Source: Candidatus Fraserbacteria bacterium
GTDB lineage: Bacteria > Bipolaricaulota > Bipolaricaulia > RBG-16-55-9 > JANLFV01
Length of the DNA: 18,724 nt
Direction of reading: 5' to 3'
Assembly (NCBI GenBank): GCA_037446135.1
Contig: JBBIJD010000033.1
Coordinates: 1 to 18,724 of the forward strand
In this document: in pieces, positions 9,098-17,400 of the stretch
Position numbering within the stretch: position 1 is the stretch's first letter
Layout: every line of letters begins with the position of its first letter
Program-made: the position numbers and the translations under genes
The notes under the pieces: model-generated
The model's database searches: none
What the model was told of the DNA's origin: nothing
The model's input: the letters and a program-made list of their open reading frames with translations, nothing else

Positions 9098-10951
9098 TCA
9101 GTTCAGGACGGCCTTCGGCTCGACCTCGGCCAAGAGCTCATCCAGCCGCTTCCCCTCCAGGACCTCGACCCGTAGGAGTTCCTCGGCGATCCGCTTGAGC
9201 GCGGCCTGGTGCTGCTGGAGGAGCCCCTTGGCCCGGGCGTAGCACTCCTCGAGGATCCGCTTGATCTCCTCATCGACGAGGGCCGACATCTTCTCGCTGT
9301 GGTCCCGATTGAGGATCAGGTCCTCCCCGAGGAAGACATTCCCGTTATCCCGGCCGAGGCTGATCGGCCCGACCCGCTCGCTCATCCCGTAGGAGAGGAC
9401 CATGCTCTTCGCGATTTCCGTGGCCTGCTCCAGGTCCTCCTTCGCCCCGGTGGTGATCTCGTTGAAGACCAGCTCGTCCGCGGCCCGGCCCCCGAGGGTC
9501 GAGGTGATCCGGTCAAGCAGTTCTTCTCTAGAGAAGAGATACTTGTCCTTCAGCGGGAGCTGGAGGGTATAGCCGAGGGCCTGGCCCCGGGGGATGATCG
9601 AGATCCGGTGGACCGGGACAGCCTTAGGGAGGAGCTTCGAGACCAAGGCATGGCCGGCCTCATGGTAGGCGATCCGGAGCTTCTCCTCCTCGGAGATGAT
9701 ATGGCTCTTCCGCTCCACGCCCGCGATCACGCGGTCGATCGCCTCCTCGAAGTCCTGCATCTCGATGGCCGCCTTCTTCCGCCTCGCGGCGAGCAGTGCC
9801 GCCTCATTGCAGAGGTTCTCCAGGTCGGCCCCGACGAACCCCGGGGTCCGCTGGGCCAGGATGTGGAGGTCTACATCGGGCCCGAGCTTCTTGTTCTTGG
9901 TGTGGACCTTGAGGATCTCCTCCCGCCCCTTGAGGTCCGGCGGAGGGACGGTGATCTTCCGGTCGAACCGCCCCGGGCGCAGCAGTGCCGGGTCCAGGAT
10001 ATCGGGCCGGTTCGTGGCGGCGAGGATGATCACCTGCTCATTCTTCTCGAAGCCGTCCATCTCCGCTAAGAGCTGGTTGAGGGTCTGCTCCCGCTCGTCG
10101 TGGCCCCCGCCGATCCCGGCCCCACGCTTCCTCCCAACAGCGTCGATCTCGTCGATGAAGACGATCGCGGGCCGCCGCTCCTCCTTGGCCCGGCGGAAGA
10201 GGTCCCGCACCCGCGCGGCCCCGACCCCGACGAACATCTCCACGAAGTCCGAGCCGGAGATCGAGAAGAACGGGACATCGGCCTCACCGGCGATCGCCCT
10301 CGCGAGGAGGGTCTTCCCCGTCCCCGGCGGGCCGACCAAGAGGACCCCCTTGGGGATCTGGGCCCCCAGGCGGACGAACCTCTGGGGGTCCTTCAGGTAT
10401 TCCACGATCTCCTGGACCTCCTCCTTGACCTCGTCGATCCCGGCCACATCGGCGAAGGTCACCTTGGAGAACTCCTTCGTAATTAACTTCGCCTGGCTCC
10501 GCCCGAAGGAGAGAGCACTCGTCCCCTCACCTTGCATCCGCCGGATCATCCACATCCAAAGGACGATCACGAGCAGGGCCGGGAGGACCCAGACCAGGGC
10601 TGAGAAGAGCCAGGAGTTGCCCCCTTCGGGCTGGACCTCGATCTCGACCCCCTTCTCCTTGAGGAGGGGGATCAGGTCTGGATCGGGCGGATCACTCGGG
10701 ATGACCGTCTTGAACTTGGTCCGCCCATCGGCCTCGGTCCCGATGATCACCTGCCCTTTGATCGTGACCTTGGCCACCCTTCCGGAGTTGACCAGCTCGA
10801 GGAATTGGGAGTAGCCGAGCTCCCGGCGAGCCTCGGAATTATTGAAGAGCGATTGGAGGATCACGAGGGAGAAGATCAGAATGATCGCGATCAGCGCGAT
10901 GTTCCTGAAGCCCCGGCTCCCTCGCTTTCCGCCCTCCCCTTGACCGTTCAA
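9098..10951 (-). CDS. ftsH: ATP-dependent zinc metalloprotease FtsH
   Basis: Two N-terminal TM helices, Walker A GPPGTGKT, Walker [37 protein letters not shown] zinc motif. Start moved to the in-frame TTG at 10951, 8 nt after a perfect SD (AAAGGAGGT); the track's GTG at 10987 overlaps the predicted promoter. Confidence 0.96.
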   Translation of the reverse strand: MNGQGEGGKRGSRGFRNIALIAIILIFSLVILQSLFNNSEARRELGYSQFLELVNSGRVAKVTIKGQVIIGTEADGRTKFKTVIPSDPPDPDLIPLLKEKGVEIEVQPEGGNSWLFSALVWVLPALLVIVLWMWMIRRMQGEGTSALSFGRSQAKLITKEFSKVTFADVAGIDEVKEEVQEIVEYLKDPQRFVRLGAQIPKGVLLVGPPGTGKTLLARAIAGEADVPFFSISGSDFVEMFVGVGAARVRDLFRRAKEERRPAIVFIDEIDAVGRKRGAGIGGGHDEREQTLNQLLAEMDGFEKNEQVIILAATNRPDILDPALLRPGRFDRKITVPPPDLKGREEILKVHTKNKKLGPDVDLHILAQRTPGFVGADLENLCNEAALLAARRKKAAIEMQDFEEAIDRVIAGVERKSHIISEEEKLRIAYHEAGHALVSKLLPKAVPVHRISIIPRGQALGYTLQLPLKDKYLFSREELLDRITSTLGGRAADELVFNEITTGAKEDLEQATEIAKSMVLSYGMSERVGPISLGRDNGNVFLGEDLILNRDHSEKMSALVDEEIKRILEECYARAKGLLQQHQAALKRIAEELLRVEVLEGKRLDELLAEVEPKAVLN

Positions 10952-10977
10952 GGTGTGAGACCTCCTTTGCGCTTTTG

Positions 10978-11006
10978 ATTTTACCACGAACTCTCTTAGC
11001 GGGCAA
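10978..11006 (-). promoter_or_regulatory. Sigma70-type promoter (extended -10) for the ftsH-dxr operon
   Basis: Minus strand TTGCCC (11006-11001), 17 nt, TAAAAT (10983-10978), preceded by TGn. Confidence 0.65.
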
Positions 11007-11024
11007 GCACCCTCGCCGGACGCC

Positions 11025-11054
11025 TTGCGCCTCGCCTCAGGGCCATGCTACTAT
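11025..11054 (+). promoter_or_regulatory. Sigma70-type promoter (extended -10) for the S8-PorV-SprA-like operon, probably leaderless
   Basis: TTGCGC (11025-11030), 18 nt, TACTAT (11049-11054), preceded by TGn. The ATG is 8 nt after the -10 and there is no SD. Confidence 0.6.
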
Positions 11055-11062
11055 AGAAATCG

Positions 11063-13501
11063 ATGGAACGGAAGCTGCTCCGGAGAGGGCTGATCCTGGT
11101 GGCCCTGGCTCTACTGCTCTTGCTCTGGCTGGCCTGGAACTCGAGCCTCTCCCTCGGCCAGGAGCTCCACCTCGGACTACCCTCGATCGGCGAGCTGGCC
11201 GGCTTCGGCACTAGAGTCCCCCCGCTCTCCCTCTCCCTCAGCCAGCTCCTCCTGGGCGAGGCTCTCCCTCCTTCTCCCCCGCCCCCCCTGACCGAAGAGG
11301 AGGCGAGCAAGCTCGATCCGCTCCTCCGGCTCATCCTCCAGCGCGAGCGGGAAGCCCGCGCACGGGGCGAGGCCCTGAACCTGGTCAGATTCGCCTCTCT
11401 AGCCGAGGTCTACACCCCCGCGGGGCCGCTCCTCCAGCAGCAGCCGGTCCCCACAGCCTTGGGGGAGTTCCTCCCCCCACCCCAGAAGTTGCCCCAAGCG
11501 GGCATGGCGGAGAGGCTCGGGCTCCTCGTCCGGGCCCGGACTCCTGAGGCTGTGGCCCGGAGCGGGGCGGAGATCATCACGACCGTGGGGGAGATCACGG
11601 TCGCCCGGGCCACGCTGGCCCAGCTCCGTCGCTTGGCCCAGTCCCCCGAGGTGATCTACATCGAGGCGGCCTATCGCCTCGCCCCGAGCCTCGATAAGTC
11701 CGTCCCCGCGATCGGGGCCGACCGGCTCCACCGGGGCGAGCCGCCCCTCAACGGGAAGGGGGTCCTCATCGGGGCCGTGGACACTGGCGTCGACTACGAG
11801 CACCTCGACTTCCGGTTCGACGGGGACGGCGACGGGTTCGAAGAATCTTCCCGACTGGCCTACATCTGGGACCAGACCGAGACCGGCCCGTTCGGGGACC
11901 GCCTCTCTGTCCCCTTCGGGACGGAGTATAAGCGGGAGGAGATCGAGGCGGACCTCGCCCGTGGCTTGGGGCCGGAGAAGGGGGCGGTCCGCCAGCGGGA
12001 TGAGGTGGGCCACGGGACTCATGTCCTGGGGATCGCCGCTGGAGATGGCTCCTCCTCCGGTGCAGGCTATATCGGCGTGGCCCCGGAGGCGGAACTGATC
12101 ATGGTCAAGACCAGCTTCTATACCGCTGATGTCGTGAGCGGGGTCGAGTATATCTTCCGGCGGGCCGAGGAGCTCGGCCGGCCATGTGTGGTCAATCTGA
12201 GCTTGGGGGGCCACTTCGGCCCGCACGACGGGACGAGCAACTTCGACTTGGCCCTCGAGGGGCTCCTCGGCCCGAGGCGGGCCATCGTTGCCTCCGCGGG
12301 AAATGAAGGGGATGAGCCGATCCATATCTCCGGGTGGCTCGCCTCTCCGGGGAGCTCGGCCCAGTTCACTTTCATCCCCGCCGAGGAGACGGTCTACCTG
12401 GGCCTCTGGTATCCCGGGACCGCGGCCTTCGAGGTCGAGCTCACTGCCCCAGTCGGGGAGGGCTTGGTCCAGGTCGTGGCCGCCCCGCCGGGGACGATCA
12501 TCGTGAAGGAGACCGCGGCGGGGACGGTCTCGATCGACAATGCGAGCGGCGGCCCAGACCCGAACAACGGGGATAAAGAGATCGGGATCCTCCTGGAAGA
12601 GATCAAGCCCGGTCAGCCGTGGACGATCCGACTGATCGCCCGCTCCGGCTCGGCGCGCCACTCGGGCTCGGGCCGGTTCGACGGCTGGCCCGGCCTGGCG
12701 GAGATGGGAGCGTTCCTCCAAGGGGATAGCTCCATGACCATCTCTGAGCCGGGGGATGCCGCGGGGCTCATTACCGTCGGGGCCTGGACCACAAGGGTCG
12801 AATGGCGGAGCCTCAACGGGAACGACTACCATTTCCGTGGGGCCGGCCCACTCGGAGGGATCGCACCCTTCTCCTCCCGCGGCCCGACCCGCGATGGCCG
12901 CCAGAAGCCGGACCTGGCCGCACCGGGGACGGCGATCGCCTCCTCCCTCGCGAAGGGGTCAAAGCTCGCGGGGATCCCGGAGCTGATCGTCCCCGATGGG
13001 GCCCACGCGATCTTCCAGGGGACCTCGATGGCCGCCCCTCATGTGGCCGGAACGGTGGCCTTAATGCTCCAGGCCTCCCCCCTTCTCGAGCCGGAGGAGG
13101 CGGCTGAGCGACTCCGCCGGACTGCGGCCACAGTCCGGGAAGGGCCCGGAGGAGAGGTCTGGGGCTCCGGGAAGCTCGATGCGGAGCGGAGTGTGAGCCT
13201 GATCGGCTTGAAGCTCCCTCAGCCCAGCGGGGCGCCGGAGGTCAAGGCCGGGACGAATCCCGCGAGCGAGCGGGTCCTCTTCACCTATGTTCTCCCGCCC
13301 GGGGCGAAGCGGGTCCGGCTGGTCGTCTTCAATGTGATCGGCCAGACGGTCTTCTCCGCCGAGCTCGACCCCAAGGAGGAGAGGTTCATCTGGGACCTGG
13401 TGAATGACCGGGGCGAGCCCCTGGCGAATGGGCTATACATCTATGTCGTGATCGCCGATGGCCGGCGATCGGCCCTTCACCGGCTGGTCATCCGCCGCTG
13501 A
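11063..13501 (+). CDS. Subtilisin-family (S8) serine protease with insertion domain and C-terminal T9SS type A / FlgD-Ig-like domain
   Basis: N-terminal hydrophobic segment and prodomain; triad Asp (GAVDTGVD), His (GHGTHVLGIAAG), Ser (GTSMAAPHVAG); oxyanion ASAGNEG; ~150-aa beta-rich insert as in Csp-type S8 enzymes; C-terminus TNPAS...RLVVFNVIGQTV...WDLVNDRGEPLANGLYIYVV...RLVIRR. Confidence 0.9.
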   Translation: MERKLLRRGLILVALALLLLLWLAWNSSLSLGQELHLGLPSIGELAGFGTRVPPLSLSLSQLLLGEALPPSPPPPLTEEEASKLDPLLRLILQREREARARGEALNLVRFASLAEVYTPAGPLLQQQPVPTALGEFLPPPQKLPQAGMAERLGLLVRARTPEAVARSGAEIITTVGEITVARATLAQLRRLAQSPEVIYIEAAYRLAPSLDKSVPAIGADRLHRGEPPLNGKGVLIGAVDTGVDYEHLDFRFDGDGDGFEESSRLAYIWDQTETGPFGDRLSVPFGTEYKREEIEADLARGLGPEKGAVRQRDEVGHGTHVLGIAAGDGSSSGAGYIGVAPEAELIMVKTSFYTADVVSGVEYIFRRAEELGRPCVVNLSLGGHFGPHDGTSNFDLALEGLLGPRRAIVASAGNEGDEPIHISGWLASPGSSAQFTFIPAEETVYLGLWYPGTAAFEVELTAPVGEGLVQVVAAPPGTIIVKETAAGTVSIDNASGGPDPNNGDKEIGILLEEIKPGQPWTIRLIARSGSARHSGSGRFDGWPGLAEMGAFLQGDSSMTISEPGDAAGLITVGAWTTRVEWRSLNGNDYHFRGAGPLGGIAPFSSRGPTRDGRQKPDLAAPGTAIASSLAKGSKLAGIPELIVPDGAHAIFQGTSMAAPHVAGTVALMLQASPLLEPEEAAERLRRTAATVREGPGGEVWGSGKLDAERSVSLIGLKLPQPSGAPEVKAGTNPASERVLFTYVLPPGAKRVRLVVFNVIGQTVFSAELDPKEERFIWDLVNDRGEPLANGLYIYVVIADGRRSALHRLVIRR

Positions 13502-13506
13502 CTGAG

Positions 13507-14415
13507 ATGATGAAGGCGCGGACCGCAACCTATCTGGCGCTTCTCGGGCTCCTCCTGCTCGGCCGATCGAGCCAGGGCTTTGGGGCCGAGAGCAACTTCG
13601 CCGGGGCCGCAGCCCTCCTCGAGATCGGGGTCGGGGCCCGCCCACTGGGGATGGGCGGGGCCTTCACGGCCCTCGCGGACGACGAGAACGCCGTCTTCTA
13701 CAATCCAGCCGGGCTGGCCTTCCTCACTAAGCGAGGCCTCACCTCGCTCTATAGTCGCCAGTTCGAGCTGCTCGACTATAGCGTGATCGGGCTCGCCGGG
13801 CGCTCCATCGGATTCCAGTTGCTCCAGCTCTCGGCCGCGGGGATCGAGCGGACGAACGAGTTCGGAAACCCGGACGGGACGAGCTTCTCCTACCTCAGCC
13901 GGGCCGGGCTCGCCTCGTTCGGACTGGCTTTGGGTGAGCGAGGGCTCGGACTCGGAGTGGGGGCCCGACTCAAGCTCTACCAAGAGATCAGCGATGGGGA
14001 GAGTGGCTTCGGCTGGGCCCTGGACCCGGCGATCATCGTCGTCCGGGGCTGCCTCCGGCTCGGCGCGGTCCTGGAGAATGGCCTCCAGGGGGCGATCCGC
14101 TTCGGGGACGGCCATCTCGAGCGCTGGGCCACTGACCTCCAGCTCGGGGGCGCGCTCTCCCTCCCACTGTGGGAGAGGGCAGTGATGAACCTCCTCTTCG
14201 ATCTTGGGGGGCTGTTCACCGGGCGATCGAGAGGCCAGCTGGGGGTCGAGCTCTGGATCGAGGGCCTCGGGCTCCGGGCCGGGCTCGACGGGGCTGGGGC
14301 TGGGCTGACCCTCGGCTCGTCCGTCTGGGTGAAGGCCCTGAGGCTCGATTGGGCCTATGCCCTCCATCCATTCCTCCCCGATTCGAGCCGCCTCTCGCTG
14401 ACCTTGAGATTCTAG
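13507..14415 (+). CDS. PorV/PorQ-family (FadL-like) outer-membrane beta-barrel protein
   Basis: Signal peptide; hallmark N-terminal LEIGVGARPLGMGGAFTALADDENAVFYNPAGL; alternating amphipathic strands; C-terminal beta-signal SRLSLTLRF. Confidence 0.8.
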   Translation: MMKARTATYLALLGLLLLGRSSQGFGAESNFAGAAALLEIGVGARPLGMGGAFTALADDENAVFYNPAGLAFLTKRGLTSLYSRQFELLDYSVIGLAGRSIGFQLLQLSAAGIERTNEFGNPDGTSFSYLSRAGLASFGLALGERGLGLGVGARLKLYQEISDGESGFGWALDPAIIVVRGCLRLGAVLENGLQGAIRFGDGHLERWATDLQLGGALSLPLWERAVMNLLFDLGGLFTGRSRGQLGVELWIEGLGLRAGLDGAGAGLTLGSSVWVKALRLDWAYALHPFLPDSSRLSLTLRF

Positions 14416-14417
14416 GA

Positions 14418-17400
14418 ATGGAGATGAAGATGATGAAAATGAAGAAGATGATCGTGATGCTGCCGTTGCTCTTGGCCTTGGCGCTCCTCTTTTTTGGGGC
14501 CACGCGCGCATTCGCTCAAGCTCAGGTCCAGGCCCAGACCCCCTCCGAGCGGCTCGAGGAGGGGCCGCTCTCGCTCTCCGCGACGGGGCGGGTGAGCTGG
14601 CTCGTAAAGTATGGGATAGGGGATTCACGCGGCCTGACCGACCGGGGGTATGCCAACCAGATCCTCCTCGAGCAGGCCCTCTCCGTCGATGCTGAGGGGG
14701 GAGTCCGGATCGAGTGGCCCCTGGCCGGGGTCCTCTCCCTTTCGGCCCACTTGGACAACCAGAAGGCGGAGAACCTCCAGCTCCTCTCGATCAAATATCG
14801 AGGGAAGGACCTCGAGGGGGAGTTCGGGGACTTCACCGTCGCCGGGAATACCGACTTCACCGGCTATGATAAGAGCTTGAAGGGCCTCTCGATCGAATGG
14901 ACCCCCCGGGATGACCTGCAAGTGAGGAGCGTCCTCGCCCGGGTCGAGGGGCTCCCTCAGTCCAAGGTCTTCCATGGGAATACCAGCCCGGCGACCGTGA
15001 CCTTCATGCTCTATGAGCCGGAGCAGCGCTGGGTCGAGCGCCCATATCTCCTCAACATCAGGGGGCTTGAATACTACAAGATCAGCGGCTTCGTCCCCGG
15101 GTTCACCGAGCTTGGCCTGGTCTTCCGGCCCGACCAGGGGCTGAAGGACCTTTTGGGGGCTTATGGCCTGGGCTACCTCTTCTCCACGATCAAGGAGGCC
15201 CCGCAGAAGGAGGTGGACTCGGCCGACTATGTGGTCGTGACCAGACAAGGAGAGCAGTTCCTCCTCCTGATGCGCGAGGCCCTCGAGCTACTCCGCGGGG
15301 CGCTCAAAGGCTATATCGACGATTACAATGAGGCCCAAGGCCTCTCAGCCGAGGAGCGGAAGGAGTATCCCCTGGACGAGGGGAGCGAGTATGAGCTCGG
15401 CTTCTTCAAGGGGCTGATCGCGGGATATGTCCTCCTGACGCTCGACGGGACCGATCTCCAGCTCGATGCCTTCGAGCGAGAGCGATTCTACTACCTCGGC
15501 TACCAGGATCTCGATCCGGACTCCGTCGCGGTCGAGGTCAAGCTCGGCGAGAATGATTTCATCCCGATCACCGATCCCAGCCTCTTCGACTACGACTATT
15601 ACCTCTTCCCCGAGGAGGGGCTCATCGAGCTGGCCTTCCCCGCGGCCTTCTTCGCTGCACTCGAGGAGAATCAAGTCAAGGTGAGCTTCAGCTACGCCGT
15701 CCCCGGCGGACTGTATCTCCTAGGGCTCTCCATCGCCCAGGGGAGCGAGCGGGTCTACCTGAACGGGAAGCTGCTCCAACGCGATGTGGATTACACGATC
15801 GATTACGAGACCGGTGCGCTCCTCCTCTTCCAGGAGCTCGGTCCGGAGGACGAGCTCCGGATCGATTATGAGATCTATCGCGGCGGGCTGGGAGGCGCTA
15901 CCGAGTATAAGCGGAACCTCGCCGGCCTCTTGCTCAGCTACAATCCGGCCCCGTTCCTCACCGTGAGCCTCGACCTCCTCCAAGCGGCGGACAGCCCCGC
16001 AGGCGTGTCCGATTGGAGCACACTGAGGTCGATGCCCAACGACCACCTCGTCGGGGGGCTCTCGGCCAAGCTGGACCTCGGGGGCCTCAAAGGGGACCTC
16101 GAGCTCGGCTATAACTACAATCGCTTCCCTTTCGACGACAACGAGCGGAAGAATCGGCTGAACCGGATCAATGCGATCCGGGCCATCTCCTATCAGGGGA
16201 GGGAGTATATCCTCTTCGGGGACCAGAACGGGCTGATCGTCTTCGAGGTCGAGGGCGGGAAGTGGCGGGCCCTCGGCCCGGCAGAGGGCCTGGCGGGGCG
16301 CTCCGTCCGTGATATCGCTGTGGGCAACGATGTGATCGTCTTTGCCACCGATTCCGGGATCTCGCTCCTCCAGCTCGAAGGCGAGGACCCCTTCGCTATC
16401 CTCGCCAACTGGAGGAGATTCTACTCCCAGGATGGCCTCGTCTCCCAGGATGTCTATGCCGCGCTCATCCAGGACGGGGTGCTCTACCTCGGGACAGACG
16501 AGGGGTTAAACCGCGTCCCGCTCGAGCGGATCAGCGAGGAGGAGAGCTGGGAGGTCTATCAGCAGGGGACTTACCCGGAGATGGTGAGCGACCAAATCCT
16601 CAAGCTCGCGGGTGATGGGCAGTTCGTCTACCTGGGGACCCCGTCAGGGCTGATGATCTTCGACCCCTCAACTGAGTCCTTCACTGTGCCACCGGAGCTC
16701 GCGGCCGCCCGGATCAACGATCTGGCCGCCTCGGGCCCGGTGGTCCTCGTGGCGACCGAGCTGGGGGTCCGGGCCTTCGACCGCGGGAAGGGGATGGGCT
16801 GGCTCACCCTCGAGCCGGCAAGGGCGGTCGCCGCCTTCGCCGGGCAGGTCTGGCGCGGGACCGAGGAGGGGCTCTACCGTCTCGGCCCGGGCTCGTCCGA
16901 ATCCGAGCCCATAATCCGCGGAAAGGTCACCGCCTTAGGCGGGGCCAAGGCCGGCCTGTGGGTCGGAACTGAGGCTACCGCCGACTACGAGCTGACCCTC
17001 TGGGAGGTGGTAGACGCTGCGGGGGCCGCGCGGAGCTATCCCCAGCAGAAGACACATATCGAGGGGGAAGACCAGCAGCATTTTGAGGACATCCCCGCGG
17101 CAGAGCACACCGACTGGGGGCCGGCCCTCTCGCTCATCCTCTCCCAGGAGCTGGGGAAGCTGGAGTTAAAGGGGGCCTTCCAGGCCCTCTCCCCAAAGTT
17201 CACGACCCTGGGGAGCGAGGAGCGCCAAGATATTCGCGGCTGGAGCCTGGAAGGAACCTATAACTTCAGCGAGGCCCTCTCGCTCGCCCTGAAGCATGAG
17301 GCGGACCTCGAGGATGCCGAGCTGGCCAAGACAGATCAGTCTGTGCAGCCGAGCTATTCAGAGAAGGACTCCGTGGATTTGCACTGGGATTTCGGCCCGA

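Noticed and set aside
9209..10814. Long + strand ORFs (286 and 372 aa) opposite ftsH
   Set aside because: Antisense shadows of a highly conserved gene, with composition expected from reverse-complement codons.
11399..12832. 477-aa antisense ORF within the S8 gene
   Set aside because: Shadow frame of a GC-rich gene; no motifs, while the opposite strand has a complete subtilisin triad.
11063..13230. Spore-germination Csp protease interpretation
   Set aside because: The insertion resembles Csp-type S8 enzymes, but the export signal, CTD-like tail and outer-membrane neighbours point to secretion in a diderm.
14169..14417. N-terminal extension of the 1463-aa ORF (likewise 4103-4321, 10952-10987, 1314-1346)
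   Set aside because: They overlap upstream genes or promoters; signal peptides and SD positions support the downstream starts.
14511..14540. Gln right after the signal peptide (AFA-QAQVQAQ), recalling the Bacteroidota pyroglutamate Q-rule
   Set aside because: Single instance; the other exported proteins here do not clearly show it.
13477..14628. 383-aa minus-strand ORF with a poly-Ser stretch
   Set aside because: Antisense to the PorV-like gene; the Ser run is the reverse complement of the ATG/AAG stutter.
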